Of a stretch of DNA of 64,000 nucleotides, positions 9,199 to 19,553 are shown one piece after another. The stretch covers positions 434,001-498,000 of the forward strand of contig OW569344.1 in the NCBI GenBank assembly GCA_937625935.1, written 5' to 3'. The DNA is from Tetramitus jugosus. Its lineage: Eukaryota; Protista; Heterolobosea. The notes beneath the pieces were generated by a model, which saw only the letters and a list, made by a program, of their open reading frames with translations, did no database searches and had not been told where the DNA came from. Numbering within the stretch: the first letter of the stretch is position 1; each line of letters starts with the position of its first letter. Both the position numbers and the translations under genes were made by a program.

Positions 9199-10950
9199 TC
9201 ACGTGCCTCTCTTCTGCTTCCTCGTACAGCTCAAAATCTTCATGACTGCAGAGACGACAACCAACAGAACCGCATTCAGTGTGAAGCCAATGTACATTGG
9301 GGCAAACACCCAATAAAATTTCATCTTTGATCCGTCTAATCGATAACCCAACAGTGCAATACTCGCTGCAATCGGAACAATAATTAAGCTCATGATTGCC
9401 ATTGGACCAATGACCATGATGGATGCTAATCGGCAGTCTCTGAATGTCATACAGTCCCAAATGGTCAACGCACCAATATCTGACAGTGAAGCCAAGTACA
9501 TGAATCCTAATCCTGCATTGATCCACACCAGAAACATAACAATGTATGATGGAATAAAAATGACGGACCAACGAACAGTCTGTGATATGACTTGATCCAT
9601 TCTGAGTGAGATCAACAAAATTGCACAACCTAACGTTCCATACACCAACACAATGTTCAGCATGGCAAACATAAATGAAGCAAAGTGTGAGGAATGAAGG
9701 GATCGAACGCGATTCAGTCGATAGAGCTGAAATGGTAGGTCGAGCACACTAACCAGCATACTCAAAAACACTGGAATGAAAAAATAGGTCCACATGGCCT
9801 TCGGAAAGAAGAACTCCTTGATTCCAATCATAATAAGCAGAGTAGGGAACCAGAAGAGTTGCATGGGAAGAATTCTTGCCAACTTCATAATTGCAGTTTG
9901 TCTCTGGTCCGAACTTCTGTTCTTTGCCAACAAAAATCGTTCAAAGACACTGTCTAATTTTCCCTTTTGTGACCGATCAGTCTTCTTGTACAACTTTTGT
10001 AGCAAATCACTCAGAGCAGGCACCCAACCCATACATAAACATATTAGAAATGATAGAAAGATACAAAAGGGTGTAATGAGGAACCCAAGTGGCGAATAGA
10101 TTAGCACCTTGTATGGACCTTCGCTCTCATGTCCCTTTTTCCCCGTCGGCAACAACTCATCCAAATACAAGGCAAACAAGACACAAGTAGCGGACATGGC
10201 AATCAAAAGCAACAACAAAAAGGACCACAGTAGAGTTAATGTGCAATTGTAGCACATTTTCTTGAGTATGGAACTACCGTTGAACCTTGACTCCATTGAC
10301 TGATACTCCAATCGCTTGTTCAATCGCTTATCAACCTCTCTCTTGAGCGAAACATATCTGCGCTTATGGTCATGTATATTGTCAAAGTCAACAAAACGAA
10401 CCTCTGGAAACTCAAACACTGGGAACAAGTGCTGATAATCTCGCTTGAGTTTGTACAACAATTTCTTTTCTTCCGGAGATTGAAGCAAATATTTCCAGAC
10501 AATGTCTCTGGTGCATAAAATGTACAGTGTGCGACAAGTTTCGCTCAATCGAATATTGTCTTGTTTGTCGCAAAAAAGAATAATCGAAATCCATTCATCA
10601 GTGCTCAATCGATCAAGAATGGTGTTGCTGTTTGGATCCACACTCTTCTTATAATAGAAACGAGAGGATGAATGGAGTGAACTCGTGTTGGACACAATAG
10701 ACAACACATCATCATCTTCATCATGATAATGATGACTATAGCCGTTGTTGTTGTGATTGTGATTGCTGGTGTTGAGCAAGTGATAAGGTGATTGTTGAAT
10801 CGTTCGGTACGTGTTATAATTGACATTATTCATGGACAATGGGAGTCGTTCTTCACTGATATGACCATCACTGCCGTGATAATAGAAAATTTCTTCTTGG
10901 TTACAAGTTCCATCATCCCCCAATGTAATGACCTCTTCAATAGTTCCCAT
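9199..10950 (-). CDS. F-box protein fused to a multi-pass TMEM185-like membrane domain
   Basis: F-box LDRLSTDEWISIILFC..LSETCRTLY..DIVWK; about 8-9 hydrophobic helices with repeated W..(F/V)F.P motifs. Confidence 0.75.
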   Translation of the reverse strand: MGTIEEVITLGDDGTCNQEEIFYYHGSDGHISEERLPLSMNNVNYNTYRTIQQSPYHLLNTSNHNHNNNGYSHHYHDEDDDVLSIVSNTSSLHSSSRFYYKKSVDPNSNTILDRLSTDEWISIILFCDKQDNIRLSETCRTLYILCTRDIVWKYLLQSPEEKKLLYKLKRDYQHLFPVFEFPEVRFVDFDNIHDHKRRYVSLKREVDKRLNKRLEYQSMESRFNGSSILKKMCYNCTLTLLWSFLLLLLIAMSATCVLFALYLDELLPTGKKGHESEGPYKVLIYSPLGFLITPFCIFLSFLICLCMGWVPALSDLLQKLYKKTDRSQKGKLDSVFERFLLAKNRSSDQRQTAIMKLARILPMQLFWFPTLLIMIGIKEFFFPKAMWTYFFIPVFLSMLVSVLDLPFQLYRLNRVRSLHSSHFASFMFAMLNIVLVYGTLGCAILLISLRMDQVISQTVRWSVIFIPSYIVMFLVWINAGLGFMYLASLSDIGALTIWDCMTFRDCRLASIMVIGPMAIMSLIIVPIAASIALLGYRLDGSKMKFYWVFAPMYIGFTLNAVLLVVVSAVMKILSCTRKQKRGT

Positions 10951-11196
10951 TGCTGTTGCTGTTTCGAAAGTTGAAAGACAGCTCAGATGATCAGTTTATC
11001 ACGATTGTTCAAGGATAATTTGAGCTAGAAGTGGAGAAGACTTCTCGTTGTTTTGTTTTTTTTGTTTCGGAGAAAATATTCCCTTCTTATTTTTAATGTT
11101 CTAGTTGATGGAAAGAAAGTATTTGGACGATTGTGACAAATAACACCCAACAAATTATGTCAGTAACTGTGCATTTTTATTTCGATACCAGAACGT

Positions 11197-11930
11197 TTAG
11201 CAGATACCAATCTTGGTAGCAACATCCATAGCTTCAATGCTCTTGTCGAGCTTAATGAAAGCCTTCTTTTCACCAGTAGCAGTGATCAATGTTCTGACAG
11301 AGTCAACCTTTGTTTGGTACATGTCCTTGAATGCTCTCTTGATTTGATTCTTTGAGGCCTTTCTGTTAACAACGAAGGTGATGGTGTTGTCGGATTCAAC
11401 CTTTTGATTTCTCTCGTCGGTTGTGACTGGGTACTTCAAGATTTGGAACTTGTCCAAAGCCTTAACCTTTGGGACAGATGTTCTTGCGTACTTTGGATTC
11501 TTTGGCAAAGACAAAGTTCTTGGTCTTCTGAATTGAACATTGGTCCAGACCTTAGTGGTGGATGGTCTCTTGCCCTTCTTCAAAAGCTTGTCAATGTTGG
11601 ACTTTGCCTTTTGTCTAAGCTTTTCCTTGTTGGCAGTTCTAGTCTTGATAGCAGCTTGGAAAGCTTGCTTCTTTTCAATAGCTATTCATCAAAATAAGGA
11701 GAGTTAGATTTGGTTCAACACAGACACGACGAGTGGTGCAATCCAGAAGACAAAATCCATTTCAAGATAATTGATGCAACACTGAAAAATTGCAAGATGA
11801 CAATTGTGTACTGTTGTGAAAGAATGTTGCGGGATTGATCTTTATGGCGTTTTGCTTCTGCATGTCCACATAACAAAGGACAATTTTAACACACACCTTT
11901 GGTGTTTTGTGGCTTTTGAGTTGCTGACAT
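11197..11930 (-). CDS. RPL23A: 60S ribosomal protein L23a (uL23), 2 exons
   Basis: FRRPRTLSLPKNPKY, KYPVTT, NTITFVV, GEKKAFIKL, DVATKIG; exon 1 11930-11897, intron 11896-11682. Confidence 0.95.
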
Positions 11931-12049
11931 TCTGGGTGATAAGTTGTGGCGTGATAGACTGTTGTTGTTTTTTTCGAATTTTTTTGTGTTTGCAAAGATT
12001 TTTTGGTTGACCAGGTTGAGTGAGCGCTCAACCTAATCATTGAAGTTCA

Positions 12050-12863
12050 ATGGTGAACCTTCAGCCCGCTCTCACAAGAAATCAAATGAGCAAGAGAATC
12101 GATTTTCGAACACAGCAGGACACTCAACGCAGTATCCAGACCGAAAGGGACATGTATGTGCTCCTCATATTTGACAATGACTCCTGTTTTTTCTGTTTGC
12201 ATCTTGACTTTGTGAGTTGACATTTATGGTTGTTGTTATCAATGTGAACATGCACATCAGATTGATTCTTGTTGGTTATGGTGTGACCTATATTCAACCA
12301 ACGTATCACAGCTTGGTTTCTCTTCAAGAGTTTGACAGGGACCCAGGTGTTGATTTTCAAAATAAAGTGAAAGTCTGTCTAATTGATCAAGAGAGTCATG
12401 TATGTGTGGTGGATATCTATTTCGTCGTTCATCATTATTGTTCCTTTGAAGTACAACCTAACGCAAGCTTCTTGCTATCATTTAGAGAGATTTCTGCGAT
12501 GACAATCAAATTGTTGTTGGAACACCTGCGCTTCAAATGTACTACAACACGAAGAATATTCGCTTTCGATTCTTGCGCAATGCACTAGACAGGCCCAGCG
12601 ATGAAAACAAGGGCACCAACGTTTTCATTGGTCAGTTACACTTTGCAACTGTAAACAAACTGGTTCAGGCATCATTTCAAACGCTTCAACAACTGCCAGA
12701 TGATTTCACCGGCGAAGTAGTTGTGGATATAAGGTTAGATGCATTGTATGATATTGAAGGTGGCGCACGTGATGATGAAGAAGGCACGGATGACTCGGAC
12801 CTTGACTCAGACACTGACTCTGGTGAAGATAATGACGACACAAACGCGCCAAATCTGTCGTAA
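12050..12863 (+). CDS. Hypothetical protein, partial thioredoxin-like fold without CXXC, acidic tail; 3 exons
   Basis: ATG 12050 or 12086; introns 12154-12311 and 12400-12485 (GTATGT..AG) join ORF fragments in frame; VKVCLID..FC...I..TPAL.MYY resembles the Trx beta3-alpha3-cisPro-beta4 region. Confidence 0.7.
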
Positions 12864-13033
12864 CGGGGTTTTTCTTCTTTCAAAAAATGGAAAGCAAGCT
12901 TTTGCTTGACATGTTCTCTCGCGGGAGTTTTGCTTTTCAAGCGATATCCCATTTTTCATACACACAAAACCACCACATAAAAAAACAAGAACAACAACTG
13001 TAATTTACTCCAACATCAGAAAAATATTGTATC

Positions 13034-15076
13034 ATGTCTAACATTTTCGAAGACTGTGTTGTATGCTTTACTGGTGCTCTCAATCTTGGTACAAGAAACG
13101 ACGCCAATGCCATTGTCCGAAAGCATGGTGGTGATACAAGCTCCAGTGTAACCAAGACGACAACTCATCTTGTGACCAACCAAGCCACTGTTAGCTCAAA
13201 GACTGCTGCCGTATTGAAAGCTATTGATAGTAAAATTCACATTATCCGTGAAGATTGGATCACTGACTCTATCAAGTTAAAGAGGAAGAAGGCAGAAAAA
13301 GAGTACGCATTGGTAGCAGGTGACGACGATGAGGATGATGATGATGAAGATGATGAGGACGATAAGAAGAAGAAGAGGCCAGCAAAGCGAGTTGCTCCAA
13401 AGAGAAAAGCAGCATCCAAGAAGTCCAAAGATGAGGACGAAGAAGATGAAGAAGAGGACGATGAGGAAGAAGAGGAAGATGATTATGAAGCACCAAACAA
13501 GAAGGGAAAATCTTCAATCGTCAAGGTTGTAACAAAGGGCAAGTATCCAGTTGCTCCAGAGTCTGGTTATGATGATCATCCATCAGCTCGCATCTATGTC
13601 GATGATGACAACAATGCCTACACTTGCATGTTGAATCAAACAAACATCAAGAACAATAACAACAAGTTTTATCAGATCCAATTGATTGAAACTGGTCCTG
13701 GTAACTATGTTGTGTTCCAGAGATGGGGCAGAGTAGGAGAGAATGGTCGAGGAAGTTCTAATCGATTCGGCAAGGCTGACAAGGCTATTTCCTGCTTTGA
13801 AAAGAAGTTTAAGGAAAAGACAAAGAATGATTGGTCCGATAGAGAAAACTTTAGACCAGTTTCTGGCAAGTATACCATGATTGATGTGTCCTATGAGTCA
13901 GATGATGAAGGTGAAGAGGATACTGGTGTATTCTCTGAGGAAGGTAAGAAGAAGAGAAAGGATGCTGAACAAATTACTTCCAAGTTGGATCCACGTGTAC
14001 AAGATGTGATCAAGATGATTTCCAATATTGATACTATGAGAGACACAATGAAGGAGTTTGAGATTGATTTGGAGAGATTGCCATTGGGTAATTTGTCAAA
14101 GACTCAGATTGAAAAGGGTTACATGGTCTTGAAAAAGATTCAAAAGGCACTTGACAAGTCTAGAACTGATGACGACGATGATGATGAGGATGAAGATGAT
14201 GATGACGATTTTGATGATAGTCTTGAGGCATTGTCTTCTCGTTTCTATACTTTGATTCCACACAGCTTCGGTAGAGCAAGACCTCCAGTTATTAACAATC
14301 CCGCTAAACTACAAAAGAAGATTGAAATGATGCAAACATTGAGCGATATGGAAATTGCTCAAACCTTGTTGCAATCTACTGAGGCAATGGCAGATATCAA
14401 TCCAATTGATGCTGCATATGACTCTTTGAAGACTAACCTTGTTCCATTGGACAAGGAAGGCGAAGAATTCAAGATTATCGCCGAGTACGTCAAGAATACT
14501 CACGCAGCAACACACAGCAATTACAAGTTGGATTTGCTCGATGTATTCACTGTGGCAAGAGCGGGTGAAAGAGAAAGATTTGCCAAATATGAGAACATGC
14601 ACAATAAGAAATTGTTGTGGCACGGTAGTCGTATGACCAATTACATGGGTATCCTTTCTCAAGGTTTGAGAATTGCTCCACCAGAAGCCCCTGTTACTGG
14701 CTACATGTTCGGTAAGGGTCTGTACTTTGCTGATATGGTATCCAAATCAGCCAACTACTGCTTTGCCCAACAGTCCAACAACCATGGTTTCATGCTGCTC
14801 TCTGAGGTAGTCCTTGGTGACATGTATGAGCGCTTGAATGCTGATGGCTCTCTTCCACAAACCTTGCCAAGCAAGTATCAGAGTACATGGGGTAAGGGTA
14901 AGACTATCCCCGATCCTACCATGGCTAAGAAGATTGGTGATGTGGAGGTGCCTCTTGGTAAATCCATGGACTCTGGTGTCAGAGGTGCTGTTTTGCAGTA
15001 CAACGAGTTTATTGTCTATGATGTCGCACAAGTCAACATCAAGTACATGCTCAAGCTCAAATTCGACTACAGATAA
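13034..15076 (+). CDS. Poly(ADP-ribose) polymerase (BRCT-WGR-regulatory-catalytic)
   Basis: N-terminal BRCT, WGRVG, SRFYTLIPH, LLWHGSR, GYMFGKGLYFAD, YNEFIVY (H-Y-E triad intact); no zinc fingers. Confidence 0.96.
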   Translation: MSNIFEDCVVCFTGALNLGTRNDANAIVRKHGGDTSSSVTKTTTHLVTNQATVSSKTAAVLKAIDSKIHIIREDWITDSIKLKRKKAEKEYALVAGDDDEDDDDEDDEDDKKKKRPAKRVAPKRKAASKKSKDEDEEDEEEDDEEEEEDDYEAPNKKGKSSIVKVVTKGKYPVAPESGYDDHPSARIYVDDDNNAYTCMLNQTNIKNNNNKFYQIQLIETGPGNYVVFQRWGRVGENGRGSSNRFGKADKAISCFEKKFKEKTKNDWSDRENFRPVSGKYTMIDVSYESDDEGEEDTGVFSEEGKKKRKDAEQITSKLDPRVQDVIKMISNIDTMRDTMKEFEIDLERLPLGNLSKTQIEKGYMVLKKIQKALDKSRTDDDDDDEDEDDDDDFDDSLEALSSRFYTLIPHSFGRARPPVINNPAKLQKKIEMMQTLSDMEIAQTLLQSTEAMADINPIDAAYDSLKTNLVPLDKEGEEFKIIAEYVKNTHAATHSNYKLDLLDVFTVARAGERERFAKYENMHNKKLLWHGSRMTNYMGILSQGLRIAPPEAPVTGYMFGKGLYFADMVSKSANYCFAQQSNNHGFMLLSEVVLGDMYERLNADGSLPQTLPSKYQSTWGKGKTIPDPTMAKKIGDVEVPLGKSMDSGVRGAVLQYNEFIVYDVAQVNIKYMLKLKFDYR

Positions 15077-15260
15077 ATAAAAAACAAACAATAACAATTC
15101 AAAAGAGCATGGTGTTCCAATACCACCAACCAGATGATACTCCCTTCTATCCTCTGTTTGGAACGAAGAAGTTTCCATTTTGGATTTCCGCGCTCTGAAA
15201 AAAACATCCCAAAGATCAAACAACAGCAAAAAGAAAAGAAGAACAAATAATACATCACAG

Positions 15261-15760
15261 ATGAAGCTCAGTATCGTATTGGGTCTGTTAGTTTTTGCTG
15301 CACTGGGTATAGTAACAGGTGTTACTCTCGCCCTAGTCGGTGCCATTATTTACAAGAATGGATATTGGGCACTCTTTGCCAGTATGTGTGATGTTGATTT
15401 ACAGTGTTGATATGTGCTGATAGCTAACTTGTTTGTTTGTGAATGATGATAGTTTTTTGTTATGTAATGACGCCTGTGCCCGCAATTCTCTCTCGTTTGT
15501 TTGCCCATGGAGGAAAAGATGGGTTTGAAGTGACGGACGGCGACGACAAGACTGGATCTCTTGAGCATTATGGTGCCTTTTTGACTTCATTTATGGCCAC
15601 GATCGGACTGGGTATTTTGATTTTGTTGGGCCATGCCAATGTCATTTCATGGAGAACATTTGCGTTTGAAATTTCTGGTGGAGCAGTGATTCTGTTGACT
15701 CTGCTGACAGTGTATGGCTTGTTCGCCAAGTTCAAGAACCAGAGCGAAGACGATTTCTAA
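15261..15760 (+). CDS. VPS55: Vps55/OB-RGRP family 4-TM endosomal protein, 2 exons
   Basis: Exon 15261-15381, intron 15382-15452; LALVGAIIYKNGYW..YVMTPVP..FLTS..L.HANVI pattern. Confidence 0.85.
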
Positions 15761-15861
15761 AATGTATATTAACAATAAAAGTGACCGGAACAAACACACA
15801 GAATACATTCTGTAATGCCTTTGATACATCACATTCCGATTGTATGTCGATACCTAGGTCC

Positions 15862-17493
15862 CTAGGTTGCAAATGATAGCTGGCAGACACTTAATTGAAA
15901 AGAGCTGAAGAAGTTTCGTTCAGAGAGTGAGCAGAAACGATTGGCTTGTGGAACCGATTTGTCACTCGTGTATAGAGGAGACTCTGTGACACATTGATGT
16001 GTCTGGAACATTTCGGTCAGAGGAACGAGGTGGGCTTCCGTCGTGAAGGTCCAAGGTTGTTGATGGAAATAGTTGTCTTCGTCAAATGTTAGATACAGAT
16101 ACTTGAGTGTTTCACTCAAGAAGAAACTTTCCATTCTGTCTTCCAGCACATGAGTTTCCACATCTGACACCGTTGCGTAACCACACTTTGCTTTTGTAAC
16201 CACGGATAGTGACTTAATAATATCTCGTGACATGTACAAATACATTGGATCTTTTGTCACTCTGTACAAATGGTAGATACTTTCTGCTAATTCGGGCCGT
16301 AGTGGATAAAGACGTTGATTCGGTTGTGGGGAGGCAGCATTCACATTCCAACCCTCTGGAATACAGCCATACCTTCGCCACACACCATGAAATGCTTTGA
16401 CAGTGTCAATCGCATGACTCATATCTCGGCCCATGAGACCTTGCATACCTGGCCAAAAAGCTTGCAAACTGTTGAATAGACTCCACGTCACGGTACCAGA
16501 GAACATATCTGCTTCAAAATACCATGGATCTCTGAACAAATGCTTCATAACGCCCTGATACAACACATCAAACATATCAAACAACTTGTCCAATCCAAAC
16601 AAAACATATCCCTTAAACATATACTCATAAATACTATCGACGTTAGCTCCTATTCCAGCGTCTCGATGTGTCCATTGACCATTAATAATATTAATGTGAT
16701 TTCCTAATAAGTTAAGCGAGGATCTTCGATTGTACATGGCAATCAACGCCTTCTCGGCTGCTCTCATAAAAGTACAATTATTGGTCAAGACACTCAAAAC
16801 TCCAAACTCCATCAAATAGGTTCCCGCTCCTGCAACAGACGTCACATTTGATTCGTCCAATGCCACACCACGCACCAAATTAATTGCTCCAAAAGGTATG
16901 CCAGTCGGCGTATCAAACGCTTTCAACAACCGATTGCCCAAATCCACAGCCAACTCTAAGATCCTTGCTGCGCGAACAGTGTCCTCCTTCCCCATCTCTT
17001 CACTCGATTCATCACTCATCGTCTTGACAGACTCCTTGAGCAACAAATGAGTGCTCAACAATCCACCCAACACACGAATATTCGTCTCAAACACACTCAC
17101 CGATTCAGTGTCGTGATCATCGAAACGAACACTGCGAATCACGTGATCCACACCCATGCGAAACTCTTGTTTCTTGTTCATGACATACAACGTGTCCAAT
17201 GAATCAATCAATGTCAATGAATAGTTGCCCCACGTGTTCATACCAGTGCAGGACAGAGGCCGTAGTTCATCCTTTGGAAACGCATATTTCATGTAACTAT
17301 CAAACCCGAAATCAAACATTTGAGTCACCAGTGATCTCATGCGTAACTTTTCTTGTTGATTCATGTTCCATGATGGTGATGGAGATGGTGAAGGAGATGG
17401 CAATGATGGTGATGATGCATCCACACAACAACAACAACAATAACAGAACAAGAACAACAAGAGTGACAAAAATGAGAGGAATGCATGCTTCAT
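15862..17493 (-). CDS. EDEM-type GH47 alpha-1,2-mannosidase (ERAD)
   Basis: Signal peptide; YMKYAFPKDELRPLSC, SVFETNIRVLGGLLS, DSIYEY, YPLRPELAES, DRMESFFLSETLKYLYL; EDEM2-like length. Confidence 0.93.
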   Translation of the reverse strand: MKHAFLSFLSLLLFLFCYCCCCCVDASSPSLPSPSPSPSPSWNMNQQEKLRMRSLVTQMFDFGFDSYMKYAFPKDELRPLSCTGMNTWGNYSLTLIDSLDTLYVMNKKQEFRMGVDHVIRSVRFDDHDTESVSVFETNIRVLGGLLSTHLLLKESVKTMSDESSEEMGKEDTVRAARILELAVDLGNRLLKAFDTPTGIPFGAINLVRGVALDESNVTSVAGAGTYLMEFGVLSVLTNNCTFMRAAEKALIAMYNRRSSLNLLGNHINIINGQWTHRDAGIGANVDSIYEYMFKGYVLFGLDKLFDMFDVLYQGVMKHLFRDPWYFEADMFSGTVTWSLFNSLQAFWPGMQGLMGRDMSHAIDTVKAFHGVWRRYGCIPEGWNVNAASPQPNQRLYPLRPELAESIYHLYRVTKDPMYLYMSRDIIKSLSVVTKAKCGYATVSDVETHVLEDRMESFFLSETLKYLYLTFDEDNYFHQQPWTFTTEAHLVPLTEMFQTHQCVTESPLYTSDKSVPQANRFCSLSERNFFSSFQLSVCQLSFAT

Positions 17494-17617
17494 ATTTTGT
17501 CTTTTTTTGTTTTTCAAACCAAGCAAAAAACAACCCACCACAGAGGACAATAATGTAACTTCAAGCGAGTCATGATTATTATGATTATGATTATGACTTC
17601 ATCTCTAAAAGCTTTCA

Positions 17618-18064
17618 TTAGAGTTCAGCTTTTTGTTCTGTGAATGCAATGCCAAGTGATCTCAAGTGCTTTTGCAACTCACCAGAGTGATAGCCTTGCA
17701 CAGTCTTGTCAGAACCGCCCCAGAAATGATTCTTGAAAAAGATTTGAGGAACAGTTCTCACGCCAGTCACGTGTTCTGCCAGAGTTTGTTGAATTTGGAG
17801 TCCTTCTCCATTGGACATCAAGTCCAATTCCTTGACAGTGTACTTTACACCCATTTGATCCAATGTTTGCTTAGCTCTCATACAGTATGGACAATAGGAC
17901 TTGCTGTAGACAAAGACATCATTCTCCTCAATGTCCTTCTTGATGGAGCGAACGAGCTCTTGATCTTGTGGTTCCTTGGATTGAACCATGAGAACCAAGG
18001 TGAGACAACTCACGAGGAATAGACATGCTGCGGCAAGCAATAAGAACTTTTTGTTGTTGTTCAT
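17618..18064 (-). CDS. Secretory-pathway dithiol glutaredoxin (signal peptide, CPYC, C-terminal KAEL)
   Basis: First ATG 18064, KKFLLLAAACLFLVSCLTLVL hydrophobic leader, YSKSYCPYC, RTVPQIF, GGSD, ends EQKAEL. Confidence 0.9.
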   Translation of the reverse strand: MNNNKKFLLLAAACLFLVSCLTLVLMVQSKEPQDQELVRSIKKDIEENDVFVYSKSYCPYCMRAKQTLDQMGVKYTVKELDLMSNGEGLQIQQTLAEHVTGVRTVPQIFFKNHFWGGSDKTVQGYHSGELQKHLRSLGIAFTEQKAEL

Positions 18065-18161
18065 GTGTTTGTTGATGTGCGTGGATGGATTTTCATGTGA
18101 ATCCACAAATAAGCTTCAGAAAACAATTCAGCCGAATTAGCTCCACTTTGTAGTATTGTGC

Positions 18162-19472
18162 ATGATACGACGTCGTTGTTTACTCCATTGCACACACAAT
18201 CTAATCGATAACAACAATAAGGCCAGAAGAACTCTTCTACCAACAGTCCTACATTTCCATTGTCATTTGAATCCACAACGAGCAGATCCAGAAGAAGCTC
18301 GAGATCAACAACACCAACTCCAACCCCAACAACAGTACAATAACAAAAAACACCAGCGAAACATGAGTATTTTTCATCAAGATCACTCAGAGTACGACGA
18401 GAGATCAGTAGAGTTGTGCAATGGTCAATTGATCAACACCAAGAGTCAACAACCACCACATCATGAAGACTCTGTCATGTTTCTCAAGAATCGACCCAGA
18501 GGACCCTATACGACCATGAGAACACTGTTGAGGAGAACTCACATTTTCCAGTTTGATAACCATGTACAGAGATTGATCGATTCTAGTCGAGTCATGATGA
18601 AACAAGAGAAGGAGACGTGTGATGGTGAACAGTTTAACACGATGCATTCCATGGTTGATGTGGCTAGAGCAGGTCAGAGCTATTCGATGGATGCTTTGAG
18701 CAACAGTCAACAATTGAGTACAATTTTGAAGCATGTGGTCAGAGAGAGTATCGTAGCCTATGAGCGACAGTTTCCATCTGATCATCCAGATCAAGAACTA
18801 AAGATTACAGTTCTGATTTGTTGGAATATGAAGAGTAATCAGTTTGATGTGTTCTCTCATGTCGTGGATCTGATGGAGAGACCAGATCGACCTGTGTTGG
18901 TCGATGTTCGGAGCGGAACAAGAAAGGACATGAAAGCTAAAGACTCTTTTTGGATGGAGATGAGAGAGGCGTTTCTTAACAAGAAAACAAAGAAGAGTAA
19001 TGAAGTTCTCATGTGTGAGAGCGATGGTAGTGTCAGAGAAGGTCTATCATCCAACTTTTTCGTCGTCAAGGATCACTTTATTGTCCAGACAGCGAATGAA
19101 GGGATATTAGATGGAACTGTGAAGCAACTGATTGATAAGATTGCTTTAGAACCTGACTTGGTCCAGTACGATAACGAGTCATTGAAAATGGATTATTCTG
19201 TACCTACGCTTCAGGAATTGTCACAATGGCGAGAGGCTTTTATCACCAGCACTTCGCGCCAAATTTTGCCAATCTACGGTTTTGTAATCGCACAAGATTG
19301 TATTCAATATGTGGAGGAGAATGCAGCAAAGAAGATGCAACCTCTGGACAATGGTGACTACTATTATCCTCTTCTACCACCTCAGAACATAATTGTTTCT
19401 CCTCGAGCGCAAGCCCTTCAGAATGTGCTAAGTCATAAGCTCGCAGAAATGTCTGTCCGCATCATTCCCTGA
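18162..19472 (+). CDS. Class IV (fold type IV) PLP-dependent aminotransferase-like protein
   Basis: GPYTTMRT, HVQRL, KAKDSFW, EGLSSNFFVV, GILDGTV, EAFITSTSR; Arg-rich N-terminus may be an organellar presequence. Confidence 0.85.
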   Translation: MIRRRCLLHCTHNLIDNNNKARRTLLPTVLHFHCHLNPQRADPEEARDQQHQLQPQQQYNNKKHQRNMSIFHQDHSEYDERSVELCNGQLINTKSQQPPHHEDSVMFLKNRPRGPYTTMRTLLRRTHIFQFDNHVQRLIDSSRVMMKQEKETCDGEQFNTMHSMVDVARAGQSYSMDALSNSQQLSTILKHVVRESIVAYERQFPSDHPDQELKITVLICWNMKSNQFDVFSHVVDLMERPDRPVLVDVRSGTRKDMKAKDSFWMEMREAFLNKKTKKSNEVLMCESDGSVREGLSSNFFVVKDHFIVQTANEGILDGTVKQLIDKIALEPDLVQYDNESLKMDYSVPTLQELSQWREAFITSTSRQILPIYGFVIAQDCIQYVEENAAKKMQPLDNGDYYYPLLPPQNIIVSPRAQALQNVLSHKLAEMSVRIIP

Positions 19473-19553
19473 GATGAAAATACGCGCCAAAAATTCTTAC
19501 GAACGACACCGTTCTCAATAATATAAACAGTGCAGCTCACTGATATCGGTTGA

